64,000 nt of DNA from Nitrosopumilus sp. (GCA_965203315.1 OZ241857.1:1472001-1536000); one strand, 5' to 3'; positions 1 to 10,963 are shown, numbered from the stretch's first letter. Notes: generated by a model from the letters alone, not told the origin. Numbers and translations: made by a program.

Positions 1-525
1 ATGTCGTGCTGCATCTAGTACAAATCTACTACGGTATCCAAAACCACACTCACGTATATCTCGCTCCGATAGTGCTGCAATCTTGGCAGGCTCTGGAAAT
101 AGCCAAAACTCTCGTCCATCAAACTCGACCGGTTTACCAAACTTTGTCACTAGATTTACTAGACATGATCGGATCTTTTGTATGCTAGAGTTCGATGAAG
201 TGATAAATGATATCAGACACTGAAATGGATCTTGGTCCAATATTCGTAGACCTGGATACATTGCTACTGCATCAGATACTATTTTATCTCTAGTGATCTC
301 TAGTATGATCTCTTTGATGTCGTCTCGTTGTCTAAAGAGATCATAACGTCTACCAGAGAGTGACTCGATCTCGACCGTACTGGTATTATCATCAGTATCG
401 CTATGACTATGGTTTGTATAATAGACTTTGAGGATATCCTCTCCGTGTACGCCGTACCATGCATCATCAATCTTTTTCCAAAGAAATACCTGACCACTAT
501 TTATCGATGCATCGATATCAATCAT
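1..525 (-). CDS. ogg: 8-oxoguanine DNA glycosylase (OGG_N + HhH-GPD), truncated by window edge
   Basis: Not in ORF track. Manual translation from ATG at 525: MIDIDASINSGQVFLWKK...PGLRILDQDPFQCLISFITSSNSSIQKI...FPEPAKIA...CGFGYRSRF, which carries the Ogg1-type motifs. Confidence 0.9.
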   Translation of the reverse strand, partial: MIDIDASINSGQVFLWKKIDDAWYGVHGEDILKVYYTNHSHSDTDDNTSTVEIESLSGRRYDLFRQRDDIKEIILEITRDKIVSDAVAMYPGLRILDQDPFQCLISFITSSNSSIQKIRSCLVNLVTKFGKPVEFDGREFWLFPEPAKIAALSERDIRECGFGYRSRFVLDAARH

Positions 526-1791
526 TCAGATCGTCACTGTCTGATCTATATGTGCTGCCTCGGCATCTAGTCCGAATCTTTCATGGATCTCTTGCGCAAA
601 TATATTGCACGAGTCTTCATCGCCGTGTACTGTCAAGACTTTGGGGTCTCCGCGTATCTTTGATATCATCTCAAAGAGCTCGTCTCGGTCTGCGTGGCCG
701 GAGAACTCGAACTGTCTGACCTGCGCTTGAACGTTAATCTCTCTTCCTCGTGTAGATACCTTACCTGTATCGAGCAGTCTCTTGCCAGGTGTACCTTCCC
801 CTTGATACGATACTAGCGCAATTCCATTCTTGCTATCAAAAGCCAACTCTTGTAAATAGTATACAGCGTTTCCGCCAACCAACATTCCTGCAGGAGATAT
901 AACAACACAAGGTTCATCGATGGCTCGCATTCTCTCTGCGTGACTCTTTATGGATACAGAGTCGTGTATCGCGTCAGTAAAGACGTCTGGATCCCGTAGA
1001 TACTCGGGATGTCTAGCTAGTATCTCGTTTACCTTTAATGCCATTCCGTCCATTAAGACTCTATGCTTAAAGTTTGCATTATGCAGTACACAAGCTATAT
1101 TCTGTGATCGCTCAACCGAGAATGATGGAATGAACAACACACCTCTTCTATCCATTACCTCGTTTGCGAAATCTATCAGATCTTGCTCCGACTGTGTACG
1201 AGGAGTCTGACTAGTCTGAGAGTATGTACTCTCTGTAATCAGTAGATCAATATCACCAATATCCAAATCTGCCGCTCGAACCATTCTAGAACCATTCGTC
1301 TTGATATCTCCTGTATAGAAGAGTCGTTTACCTTCTGACTCTACTAGAACAGTACTGCCACCAACTACATGACCTGACTCTCGTAACTCGAATGTTGCGT
1401 CACCCTTTGTGACCTGCTGCTTAAAACCAATGCCTCTTGTATTTCTCAACATGTTGTCGAGTTCGGGTATGTCGAATGGATACTGATCTCTTGCTATCTT
1501 TAACATGTCTTCTATGAGCAGTTCGCTGAGATCTATGGTAGGCGGTGTTGCATACACGTCTGTACCTCCACTAACAAACAGTGATGGGACAAATGCCGAG
1601 TGATCTAGATGTGCATGCGTTATGATTATGCCATCGATCTCTCTTGGTTTTACATGTAAGGGATACTCTGGTGGCACACCGCGTCGCCCAGGTTTTATTC
1701 CATAATCTAACAAAAGATTGGTTCTCCCACAACCTACTAGAAATCCAGATCTGCCAACCTCTCCGGCAGCTCCCAAGACTCGCACATTCAA
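526..1791 (-). CDS. Metallo-beta-lactamase / beta-CASP ribonuclease (aCPSF2-like)
   Basis: LGAAGEVGRS, THAHLDH, GHVVG, ESTY and FSGHAD motifs; TTG start at 1791 chosen by family N-terminus (ORF track opens at 1860). Confidence 0.9.
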   Translation of the reverse strand: MNVRVLGAAGEVGRSGFLVGCGRTNLLLDYGIKPGRRGVPPEYPLHVKPREIDGIIITHAHLDHSAFVPSLFVSGGTDVYATPPTIDLSELLIEDMLKIARDQYPFDIPELDNMLRNTRGIGFKQQVTKGDATFELRESGHVVGGSTVLVESEGKRLFYTGDIKTNGSRMVRAADLDIGDIDLLITESTYSQTSQTPRTQSEQDLIDFANEVMDRRGVLFIPSFSVERSQNIACVLHNANFKHRVLMDGMALKVNEILARHPEYLRDPDVFTDAIHDSVSIKSHAERMRAIDEPCVVISPAGMLVGGNAVYYLQELAFDSKNGIALVSYQGEGTPGKRLLDTGKVSTRGREINVQAQVRQFEFSGHADRDELFEMISKIRGDPKVLTVHGDEDSCNIFAQEIHERFGLDAEAAHIDQTVTI

Positions 1792-1895
1792 GGATCTTGT
1801 TGATATGTGGTCTATCTTAAAACCTTCGCAAAGAATTCTAGAGATCTCGACAACTTTCAAAAGCTTTAATTAATGTAAGCTAATGTTTTAAGCAC

Positions 1896-2108
1896 ATGGG
1901 AAGAAGCTTCCAAGACTGGTTAGGACAGCAAGATCAAGCTCTAGTCTCTAAAGTACGTGCTGGCGATGAGGCAAACAAACCTCTCCTAAACCAAATTAAC
2001 TGGATTTGGGTTAACAATCTGATGAATCAGAAGGCAGACCTAAATCCTTCTTCTGCAGAGTTACTCGATTGGGTTACCTCTGGTCAAATAGATGCAATGA
2101 GAAAGTAA
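1896..2108 (+). CDS. Small conserved hypothetical protein
   Basis: 70-aa ORF with an AT-rich TATA-like element upstream and a terminator downstream. Confidence 0.8.
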   Translation: MGRSFQDWLGQQDQALVSKVRAGDEANKPLLNQINWIWVNNLMNQKADLNPSSAELLDWVTSGQIDAMRK

Positions 2109-2139
2109 ACGTGACAATCACGTTATCTTTTTGTTTTTT
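2108..2139 (+). terminator. Hairpin plus T-tract terminator
   Basis: AACGTGA-caa-TCACGTT stem followed by TTTTTGTTTTTT directly after the stop codon. Confidence 0.6.
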
Positions 2140-2247
2140 AGATCACTCGTAGACGCTAGTCTGTACTCTACAGGTACACTGCGATCATAACGGAGTTATG
2201 AATTTCAATCATAGTTTAAATAGTTAAAGTAGACTCTACTCTTTGTA

Positions 2248-2550
2248 ATGCCAATAGCAATACTTCCAGATGTCGATGAACAGAGATGTATCGGCTGTGC
2301 ACTATGTGTAGAGATTTGTACATCACTTGGTCCTGACGTCTTGAGAGTGAAACCAGTCGAAGGCTGGAAGAGAGGTAAAGCATTTGTCTTTTATCCAGAG
2401 CGTTGTATCTCTGATGGTGCATGCATCGGTGTATGCCCAACAAAGTCGATCTTTTGGATGAGACCAATGAACTATACCGCTGGACAACCAGTACCTCTTC
2501 ACCAGAATGGTGTCTTCGTTAAAGGCTGGGCAGAAGACGCAGCTCTATAG
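2248..2550 (+). CDS. 2x[4Fe-4S] ferredoxin
   Basis: CIGCALCVEIC and CISDGACIGVCP motifs. Confidence 0.92.
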   Translation: MPIAILPDVDEQRCIGCALCVEICTSLGPDVLRVKPVEGWKRGKAFVFYPERCISDGACIGVCPTKSIFWMRPMNYTAGQPVPLHQNGVFVKGWAEDAAL

Positions 2551-2560
2551 GCTGGTCTTG

Positions 2561-4057
2561 TTACATCTTTTTTTCTTTTAAATCATATTTTGTAATGTCT
2601 AGCTGTTTGGTATAGTATGATAGAAACACGTCGTCTAGATCATAATGTATCTCTACAAAGTTGTTGTTTGTAAAGAATATCTTCCATGTATCTGCAAACA
2701 TTACAAACTTGGTAGGATCGTATGATCCTCTGACTGCTTCGTGATGTGCAGCTGGATAGATATCGGATATCTCTATGGGTATGACTCCTAAATGTGGACT
2801 ATACTGACATATCTGGTACGACTCAAAGTCATCGAGTCTCTTGAGCCTATTGTATCTGCTAGATAGATAGCCAGGCTTTGTGTTGTATATTGGTGTGATG
2901 ATCAATCTCTGCTTTTTGGTCTTGAATCTACGTACAATCTCGTGAAATCTACGTACCTCTGGTCTGAACTGATCGATATCGTCGTATAGAAAGATCGCTC
3001 TCGGTTTGAATTTTGGAGTATTGTCGAATTTTTGGTTTATGATCGTATCAATGATCTCGTATAGTCGTGGATGGGCTCTAGACTTTTGTATCACATACTC
3101 CCAGAGCCTTCCCTCCCAGATTGCTTGTACAACTCGATCTACTTCGAGTTTTATTGTGTATAGATTATGACGTGCAATCAGATCGATCTTGTCATCTGAC
3201 TGTCTGATCTCATCTGGTGTATACGATGTACATATCTTGCAATTGCATGGAAATGTGACGATATCATCTAGATCTCGAGTACCGTCATTTGTGATGTATC
3301 TGTTCTGTCTTGCATACAAGATGTATGATGCAGAGTCAAATGTATCACACCCTAGCGCAACAGCAAATGGAATAGTCAAAGGATGACCTGCACCAAACAG
3401 ATGTAGTGGAACAGACTCGGGCATCTGACTCTTTGCAGATATAATCATCTGTGCCAAGAGCCGATACTCGTACGACTCCATAAACTCGACCGGACTACCC
3501 AGCGCCAACATTTTAAATCCTGCCTTGAGTAGCCCTCTAGTGGATCGTACTACTAGTTCCGAATGTTCTCCACCTTGAATTGGACCTATCCATATCTGAC
3601 CATTGTCTCTACTAGAATCTAGTGTACTCTTTGATACTTTGAGAGTATGATTGACGTATCTTGTTGCACTCTGCTTTGACATACCAAACCCAGTCGGCTT
3701 GTCGAGCGGTATTGCAAAGTCTGTCATTATCTGTTGTTCAAAGTTGGACATATCTTGAGGAGTTACATCTAGATCACCATACTCTAAAACTTGGTAACCA
3801 CCCGAGTCTGTCATTACAGAACCATCATAGTTTATGATATCGTGTATTGATCGTTGTGTATCACTACCATAGTTTTTCCTTGTGAGGTATGCGTTTGTTA
3901 TTACTAGATCAAAACCCATCTCTTCAAGTTCTGTTGCAGGGATGGTCTGCTTTATTGGATGAATTACAGGTACATATGCTGGAGTAGCTACCTTGCCATG
4001 GTTTGTATGTATTGTACCTATTCTAGCCGCAAGGTCACTCTTTATTATCTCGAACAA
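2561..4057 (-). CDS. tgtA: Archaeosine tRNA-guanine(15) transglycosylase
   Basis: TDSGGYQ, PIQGG, HLFGAGHP, DTFDSASY and CxCxxC Zn site. Confidence 0.95.
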   Translation of the reverse strand: MFEIIKSDLAARIGTIHTNHGKVATPAYVPVIHPIKQTIPATELEEMGFDLVITNAYLTRKNYGSDTQRSIHDIINYDGSVMTDSGGYQVLEYGDLDVTPQDMSNFEQQIMTDFAIPLDKPTGFGMSKQSATRYVNHTLKVSKSTLDSSRDNGQIWIGPIQGGEHSELVVRSTRGLLKAGFKMLALGSPVEFMESYEYRLLAQMIISAKSQMPESVPLHLFGAGHPLTIPFAVALGCDTFDSASYILYARQNRYITNDGTRDLDDIVTFPCNCKICTSYTPDEIRQSDDKIDLIARHNLYTIKLEVDRVVQAIWEGRLWEYVIQKSRAHPRLYEIIDTIINQKFDNTPKFKPRAIFLYDDIDQFRPEVRRFHEIVRRFKTKKQRLIITPIYNTKPGYLSSRYNRLKRLDDFESYQICQYSPHLGVIPIEISDIYPAAHHEAVRGSYDPTKFVMFADTWKIFFTNNNFVEIHYDLDDVFLSYYTKQLDITKYDLKEKKM

Positions 4058-4091
4058 TCAACTATACAGATGTCTAGTAATATATCAACCA

Positions 4092-4634
4092 TCAATCACC
4101 AAAGATTCTTCTTATATCGTGTTTGTCTTCAACCAAACTCAACCAATCGACATCGATATTGCTGTATATATCATCAGTAATTACAGATGATATCATACAT
4201 ACAGACTCGTCTACAGTCTTTTTACTGACATCTATCTCTACTGCTCTCTCTTGAAATTTGACTATAGTATCAAATGCTATTATTGCTAGTATCTCACTTG
4301 CCATATTCTCAAAAGTCTTTGATTTAGAGTATCCTCTTTGATTGTATATCGTTTCTAGCTCGTATGGATTTCGTCGTAGAATTATAATTCTAGTAACTAT
4401 ATCAACATCCAAGACATACGGTGCTAAATGTCCAATAACTAGAGACCTAGATGTCAGATTTGGTCTCAATATGTCCCCAAGTACGTCGGTATCAATATCG
4501 TTTGTTGTATCATTTACTAGACCATTTGATTTTGCTACCTCGTTGATATCTATTATGTCTAGTTTCATATCTTGTGATATCTGTTTGCCAATAGTATGTT
4601 TACCAACACCTGGCGTTCCCGTAATAACCAACAT
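4092..4634 (-). CDS. adkA: Adenylate kinase AdkA / Fap7-hCINAP family
   Basis: ITGTPGVGK Walker A, IGH motif, RGYSKSK..EN motif. Confidence 0.85.
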   Translation of the reverse strand: MLVITGTPGVGKHTIGKQISQDMKLDIIDINEVAKSNGLVNDTTNDIDTDVLGDILRPNLTSRSLVIGHLAPYVLDVDIVTRIIILRRNPYELETIYNQRGYSKSKTFENMASEILAIIAFDTIVKFQERAVEIDVSKKTVDESVCMISSVITDDIYSNIDVDWLSLVEDKHDIRRIFGD

Positions 4635-4640
4635 TTAATC

Positions 4641-5066
4641 TCACCACCAAATTTCCTTAAACATTTGAATATTCCATATCTTCACTAGTCTGTCTCTTGT
4701 TACGACTTTACACTTGATCATTGTTGTATTATTTACAAATCGTTTGGACTTGTAGAATATATCTCGCATATTTGATATATTTGATATGTTTGGTATGTTT
4801 AGTATATTTGATATATTTGATATATTTGATGCAATTTTATCTCTAAATTTAGAGCAAACTCTTCTTTCAAACAAAACATGATCAACTATCTCGGTTATCG
4901 GGTTTATTCGTTTAAAATGATCTGGCTTTGATATCATGCTGTAGATCATATCTCTCTCTGATTCATTCTGTTCATATGTACTATTCTTACCATCTATCTC
5001 TATAAACATGGTACACTTGTAAAATCTACTCTTGTCAGTTAGAGTTTTAGCATCCAATATTCTCAT
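4641..5066 (-). CDS. Hypothetical protein with (SNI)n micro-repeat insertion
   Basis: 141-aa ORF co-oriented with adkA; no recognisable motif. Confidence 0.55.
   Translation of the reverse strand: MRILDAKTLTDKSRFYKCTMFIEIDGKNSTYEQNESERDMIYSMISKPDHFKRINPITEIVDHVLFERRVCSKFRDKIASNISNISNILNIPNISNISNMRDIFYKSKRFVNNTTMIKCKVVTRDRLVKIWNIQMFKEIWW
4768..4830. repeat. 7 x 9-bp tandem repeat (ATATTTGAT consensus)
   Basis: Read directly; in frame, encodes SNI/LNI/PNI units. Confidence 0.9.
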
Positions 5067-5279
5067 TCTATACTTTTGTTATGCTTGAGTATTTAAAGAA
5101 ACCTTGCGTCGTTTGTTATCTTGCAGCCCAACACGCGCTTGGGTTTTAACGGCTCTGATTGATAATCATTTTGACGAGTTAATAGTTTGAGATTTGTAAA
5201 GACAGAGCAGATGCCAAAGATATGTCTTATGCCTATTAAACAAACATATCTTTTTAAGGCTACTTGTTCATATATATAC

Positions 5280-5756
5280 ATGGATAAACAGTCTGTCGAT
5301 TTAGGATTCGTGCTCAAACAGTTTCCTAAATTCAATTTCTCAATGGACGACTTTGATGGTAGACTACGTCTACAAAAATTCATCTATCTGCTACAGACCT
5401 TTGACATTTATCTAGGCTATGATTATTCGTGGTACCTGCGAGGTCCATATTGCACCAATTTAGCTGCATGTGGTTTTGAATTAGAGAAAGCATACCATCG
5501 AATTCCTGATGGTGAGAAGATGAAGTTTAGAGATGGTCGAATACAGAAAAAATTTGAAAAGTTTATTAAATTTATATCAGGTCACGAAGATGATATTGAT
5601 TTTTTAGAGATTGCCGCATCTCTTCATTTTCAAAAACAGATATCAGAATTGAGTGACGATGAGATTATTGAAAAAGTTGCGAATAAACGATACAAATTTA
5701 CAAAAGAAAGTTGTATCAAAATTTGGGAGGAGATGAAGCGATGGAATCTAATATGA
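5280..5756 (+). CDS. YwgA/Panacea(DUF4065)-like winged-helix protein
   Basis: RLRLQKFIYLLQ...YSWYLRGPY and LEIAASLHF motifs; ATG at 5280 lies about 25 bp after TTTTTAAG. Confidence 0.7.
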   Translation: MDKQSVDLGFVLKQFPKFNFSMDDFDGRLRLQKFIYLLQTFDIYLGYDYSWYLRGPYCTNLAACGFELEKAYHRIPDGEKMKFRDGRIQKKFEKFIKFISGHEDDIDFLEIAASLHFQKQISELSDDEIIEKVANKRYKFTKESCIKIWEEMKRWNLI

Positions 5757-5983
5757 AATCAATACAGCTTAAAGTACTTGACAAACTACATCCAGATCTA
5801 GACATGAGAACTTATGATAAAGCATTCTATTATCTGTTATTAGATACAAAAGATAACGATCTTACTCTTGTTGGCAAGAATATATTTAGAAAAGATCAAA
5901 AAATGCCATACATTGATGAGATATATGCAAATCACCAACTTACTGTAAAACTTTTAGAAGAAAATTATAATGATGATTCTTGA
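5753..5983 (+). CDS. Hypothetical protein, translationally coupled to upstream gene
   Basis: ATGA start/stop overlap at 5753-5756. Confidence 0.65.
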   Translation: MKSIQLKVLDKLHPDLDMRTYDKAFYYLLLDTKDNDLTLVGKNIFRKDQKMPYIDEIYANHQLTVKLLEENYNDDS

Positions 5984-6467
5984 AATAATATTTGAACTAG
6001 TACTGGAAAATTCAAACTTTCTCACTGAAAACGTCATACGGGGAGCAGTATTCGGTTTCGTAGCTATTCTTGTGTATAAACTTACTAAATATTGGGACAC
6101 AAGAGGCTTACGGTTTAGATTAACAAATACACTAATCTTAGAGATTGAGGATATTATAGAGAGTATAACATCTCAAAATCAAAGTTGCTTATTTAGATCT
6201 AGATATCAAAGTAGTTTATCTAGATCCAGATCTCGTCATAAGCGTCTGCCTACTGCCTATGGTGATATCTATGAAGGACTGATGAGTTCTGGTAATATAT
6301 CCAACTTTGATGTAAATGTACAAAAGAGTTTACGGTTTTTCTACACACATGCGAAAGGCAGTAATAATGATACGATAAACATCGCATTATCAACACTTGA
6401 AATTGTTAAAGAGATTAGACACAAAAATCGACCCATCTCTCACAAAATCAAGAGACAGAGATATTGA
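5970..6467 (+). CDS. Hypothetical single-pass membrane protein
   Basis: Hydrophobic segment GAVFGFVAILVY; overlaps the upstream ORF. Confidence 0.6.
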   Translation: MMILEIIFELVLENSNFLTENVIRGAVFGFVAILVYKLTKYWDTRGLRFRLTNTLILEIEDIIESITSQNQSCLFRSRYQSSLSRSRSRHKRLPTAYGDIYEGLMSSGNISNFDVNVQKSLRFFYTHAKGSNNDTINIALSTLEIVKEIRHKNRPISHKIKRQRY

Positions 6468-6539
6468 GTATTTAACATATTGACGGATTGCATCGATATA
6501 TGATGTAATACTAATAAGTAGAATACACATGTTTTATGT

Positions 6540-7721
6540 ATGCAGATAGGTCTGTTGGGCAAAGCAAATGTTGGCAAATCTACATTCTTTTCAGCTGCAA
6601 CTCTAACGTCTGTGGCAGTTGGAAACTTTCCATTCACAACAATAAAACCCAATGTCGGTGTAGCATATGTGACAACTAGATGTGCATGTACACACTTTAA
6701 CATCAAACACGAGAATAATAACTGCATTGATGGCACTAGATTAATTCCCATAAAACTGATAGATGTAGCTGGTCTAGTTCCCGGTGCTCATGAAGGCAAA
6801 GGTCTAGGCAATCAGTTTCTCGATGATGCAAGACAAGCAATGGCTTTGATCCATGTAGTGGATATTGCAGGTACAACCGACATTCAAGGACAACCTGTTC
6901 CTGCGGGTACACATAATCCACTTCAGGATATCAAGTTTGTTCAAGACGAGTTTGATCAGTGGTTTACAAATATTCTCAAGAGAGATTGGGACAAGATAAT
7001 ACGCGAAGTAGATCAAAAGCGTATAAAGCTGACCGAAGGTATTGCAAGAAGATTTACAGGACTAGGTGTGGTTGACTTTGATGTTCATAATACATTACAT
7101 AAACTGAATTTAACACCCAAGAATCCAAAAGAGTGGGATGACTCTGACTTGTGCAAATTTGCCCACACATTAAGACAAGAGACCAAACCAATGCTAGTTG
7201 CAGCAAACAAAGCAGATCTATGTAACGATCTTGCAATTATGAACAAAATACCAAATGGAGTATTGTGCAGCGCAGAGACTGAACTGTTGTTGCGCAAGGC
7301 TGCAAAAGCTAACATCATATCATACATGTCTGGTGATGATACTTTTACAGATATACAAGATGAGATATCTCCTCCACAACAGAGAGCACTAGATATTGCA
7401 CGGTCTGTACTCTCAAAGATCAAAACGACCGGCATACAACAGATCTTAAACTCGACAGTATTTGATCTACTGGGACTAGTGGTTGTATATCCTGTAGAGG
7501 ATGAGACCAAACTTACCAACAAAGATGGCGATGTATTGCCTGATGCTCAACTTGTACCGCTAGGTACTACTGCAAGAGATGTGGCAGGAATAGTTCATGC
7601 CGATCTAGCAAAGGGATTTTTACATGCCATTGACTGCAAGACTCATCAGAGAATAGGGTCTGATCACAAAGTCAAAGACGGTGATGTGATCAAGATCGTT
7701 TCAACACAGAGTAGGGGCTAG
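6540..7721 (+). CDS. ychF: YchF/OLA1-family (archaeal Obg-like) ATPase/GTPase with TGS domain
   Basis: GKANVGKST, FPFTTI, DVAGLVPGAH.G.GLGNQFL, NKAD. Confidence 0.93.
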   Translation: MQIGLLGKANVGKSTFFSAATLTSVAVGNFPFTTIKPNVGVAYVTTRCACTHFNIKHENNNCIDGTRLIPIKLIDVAGLVPGAHEGKGLGNQFLDDARQAMALIHVVDIAGTTDIQGQPVPAGTHNPLQDIKFVQDEFDQWFTNILKRDWDKIIREVDQKRIKLTEGIARRFTGLGVVDFDVHNTLHKLNLTPKNPKEWDDSDLCKFAHTLRQETKPMLVAANKADLCNDLAIMNKIPNGVLCSAETELLLRKAAKANIISYMSGDDTFTDIQDEISPPQQRALDIARSVLSKIKTTGIQQILNSTVFDLLGLVVVYPVEDETKLTNKDGDVLPDAQLVPLGTTARDVAGIVHADLAKGFLHAIDCKTHQRIGSDHKVKDGDVIKIVSTQSRG

Positions 7722-7722
7722 T

Positions 7723-8706
7723 ATGCTAGGTCTAGGTATAGAGAGCACAGCTCATACATTCTCGTGTGCTATAATGGAAAAGAAGGGAGCACGTGGCAAG
7801 ATACTTGCAGATGTACGGAGTATATTTCGACCAGCTGATGGTCAAGGAATTCATCCTAGAGAGGCGTCTCGCCACCATGTCGAGTCCAGCCCAAATGTAC
7901 TTGCAGAGTGTCTAGAATCTGCAGACGTATCTATCTCTGATATAGATATCATATCATATGCTGCAGGTCCAGGACTTGGACCATGCCTGCGCGTTGGTGC
8001 AGTAGTTGCAAGATCACTTGCGGCATTTTACAAGATTCCGATATATCCAGTAAATCATGCACTGGGCCACATCGAGTTAGGAAAACTATTGACAGATGCA
8101 CGAGATCCATTGGTACTATTAGTATCTGGTGGACACACGATGTTACTTGCATTTCTTGATAGACAGTGGCGAGTATTTGGAGAGACCCTAGATATAACAT
8201 TGGGCCAATTACTAGATCAGTTTGGTCGTTCACTGGGGTTTGCATCTCCGTGCGGAAGAGATATCGAGAGATTGGCAGCAACCTCTACAAAATTTGTTAC
8301 TTTACCATATTCTGTCAAAGGAAATGACGTCTCTTTTTCTGGTCTACTCTCCGCTACAAAACGTATAGCAAAACAAGACAAGAACTCTGCATGCTTTTCA
8401 TTACAAGAGACTGCATTTGCGATGATCGGAGAGACCGTTGAACGTGCACTTGCATTTACAGGCAAACGTGAATTGATGATAGTTGGAGGAGTTGCAGCAA
8501 ACCAGCGACTTGCTAGTATGCTCCAAGATGTATGTAAACGACATTCTAGCAGACTCTTTGTAGTACCATTAAAGTATGCAGGTGATTGTGGCAGTCAGAT
8601 ATGTTGGACAGGTCTACTAGAGTCACAAGTAAAACCAGGCACTCCTATATCTGATACATTTGTAACACAATCATGGAGACTAGACTCTGTAGTTGTATCC
8701 TACTAG
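7723..8706 (+). CDS. kae1: KEOPS t6A synthase Kae1
   Basis: GIESTAHT, GIHPREA, GPGLGPCL, VNHALGHIE, SGGHT, GGVAAN. Confidence 0.96.
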   Translation: MLGLGIESTAHTFSCAIMEKKGARGKILADVRSIFRPADGQGIHPREASRHHVESSPNVLAECLESADVSISDIDIISYAAGPGLGPCLRVGAVVARSLAAFYKIPIYPVNHALGHIELGKLLTDARDPLVLLVSGGHTMLLAFLDRQWRVFGETLDITLGQLLDQFGRSLGFASPCGRDIERLAATSTKFVTLPYSVKGNDVSFSGLLSATKRIAKQDKNSACFSLQETAFAMIGETVERALAFTGKRELMIVGGVAANQRLASMLQDVCKRHSSRLFVVPLKYAGDCGSQICWTGLLESQVKPGTPISDTFVTQSWRLDSVVVSY

Positions 8707-8721
8707 GATCTGAATATGCCT

Positions 8722-8775
8722 TACACATTGTACACATTGTATACATTACACACATTGTACACATGACACATAATG
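8722..8775. repeat. About 6 x 9-bp degenerate tandem repeat (TACACATTG)
   Basis: Read directly, just after the kae1 stop codon. Confidence 0.85.
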
Positions 8776-8779
8776 TACA

Positions 8780-8999
8780 TCAGGTCTTTCAAGGATGCAA
8801 GCGAGAATCAGTTGATCATCAGAACATCTTTGCAAGGGGCGAGGTGTACATCAATGGAATGGAAGGATTCTGGGGCTTTGCAAAATTAAATGTGGTAAAG
8901 CATCGTGATGCGAGTTCAAAGAAATTCCTATTATATCTCAAAGAGATGGAGTGGCGATACGATAACCGAGAGTGCGATCTGTTTGATTTGCTAGTGTAA
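8780..8999 (+). pseudogene. IS1595-family transposase C-terminal remnant
   Basis: VDH...YINGMEGFWGFAK...KKFLLYLKEMEWRYDNR matches the IS1595 DDE C-terminus; N-terminus absent. Confidence 0.8.
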
Positions 9000-9168
9000 T
9001 ACATGTTGTGGGGAGGGGGAGGGGCTCGATATCCCTAATCGCCTTGATTTTTTATGTAATACAACTAGAGAATTTTGTGCAAGAAATTGCCAACCCCCCA
9101 AGAGAACCAATTCTATATCTCGATACTATAAAATATAAAGCAGTACTCTTATCAAAAGTTGGCTAGGA

Positions 9169-9387
9169 ATGGTCAAATATAATGTGTTTGAGTTTAAGAT
9201 TGACGGTTTATCAAAATCTGAGGTTCTAAACCAGATTGATGAACTACTTGACGGCATTATCTTGAGTCTAAAAATGCCCAGAGATACAAAAAAGAATCTA
9301 CTTGATTCTATAAAAAACACTGATCCCGATTTTTTCGATAACACCGAATCTAGAGAAAAAACACATGCTATAAAGGTACGAGGTTAG
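9169..9387 (+). CDS. Small hypothetical protein upstream of the IS66 transposase
   Basis: 72-aa ORF with an AT-rich TATA-like upstream region; no motif. Confidence 0.45.
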   Translation: MVKYNVFEFKIDGLSKSEVLNQIDELLDGIILSLKMPRDTKKNLLDSIKNTDPDFFDNTESREKTHAIKVRG

Positions 9388-10963
9388 GTTTAAAAGATCT
9401 ACCAAAAGGGACAACTTTTCTAGATAATCTAGGCTAAATCCAAACATTACCAATTATGACAATGTCTAGACAGATCGCGAGACAAAAGACTACCAAAAAA
9501 GATAGGGAGACATCTGCCAAGATAGCAGATCTAGAGGATACTGTCAAGCAGCAAAATGATACCATCGAACAACAACAAGAGACCATTACGAGTCTACAAA
9601 AACAAGTTGCAAAGCAGAAGAGAATGAATATGAAACTGTACGAGATTTTACTTGCTACAATTATGGGACTCCAAGTATCTCCAAATTCAATCAATGATTG
9701 TTTTAATGTATTCCAAAGGATGATCAAAATTATAGAACGTGGTCAACAACTATCACAGACCAAGATTCGTAACACCAGAAAAAAGATAGAGGGTAAAAAA
9801 GAAAAGATAGAGGTACAAACAGCACAGGCCAAGAACAAAGAAACGAGACGCAAGCAGCTCGACAATTCTAACGTACCCTCATCAAAACAACCAGATCATG
9901 TAAAAAAGGGTACAAGAAAATCTAAAAGCGAATGGAAAAAAGCAGGACAAGACAAGGGTCACAAAGGAGTTTCCGACAACATAAAAACAGACAAGACAAG
10001 ACATCATAAAAAAGAAAAGTGTGATGGATGTGGCAGTAAGCATGTTGACAACAAGAGGTCTAGACAAAAGAGAACGATTGACATACAGATCATAATATTG
10101 CACATACTCCATATCGGATACTTTTACAACTGTAGAGATTGTGGCGCATCAGGCGATACATTCGACAGCATCCCAGACATACTACACAACACAATGTTGT
10201 GCCCAATTCTAGGCGTGATTGCAACCATAATGAGAAAGAATGGCTGTAGTATCAGAACAATAACTAGTACTCTTCAATGCCTAGACCCGTGTATATCTAA
10301 AAAGATGGTAACGGGGGCAATAGACACGATTGCCGATAAATTAGACAAATATGTCAAAAAAATAGAGAGAATGAACCTAAAATCCAAGGTAATCTACATG
10401 GATGAGACGTCGATGTCCCTTGCTGCGAAATTGGGATGGGTCTGGGTTCTTGTCGGCGATTATGGTACGCAATTCATCATATCGCCAGAGCGTACAAAAG
10501 ATTTTCTAGAAAAAACGTTCAAAAAGTATATTCTGATACCACTCGTGTCGGATGGATATGTCGTGTACAAACTATTCAATGTACGGCAACGTTGTTGGGC
10601 GCACATACTGCGAAATGCAAAAGATACAATGTGTGACGTACATACTGTACTAATGTACAAAAGATTACAGAAACTACTTGAAATTGCAAAAGCACTACAG
10701 GTGGACAATCCCAATCATGTGGACATATACCTAAAATACAGAGTAGATGATCTAGTGCAAAAGACATTATCACTTGCAGCAGAGTACAAGAAACTAGACA
10801 ACGAAGCTTGTCGCAAATTTGGAGTTCATTTAGCTAATGCTGCAGATGATCTATACACATTTGTGCTATACTATGGTATGGAATACACAAACAACAGAGC
10901 AGAGCGAGCTATACGATCAATGGTGCTATTCCGCAAGGTAACTCAACGTATCGTATCTGAGGA

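Noticed and set aside
6-497. ORF-track ORFs 6-188 and 300-497
   Set aside because: Shadow frames of the edge-truncated ogg gene
5100-5175. GC-richer hairpin (CCCAA-cacgcgc-TTGGG) as a possible ncRNA
   Set aside because: Short stem only, with no tRNA, C/D-box or riboswitch pattern I can support
8673-8779. N-terminus of ORF 8673-8999 (HIVHIVYITHIVH)
   Set aside because: Translation of the 9-bp tandem repeat fused by chance to an IS1595 remnant
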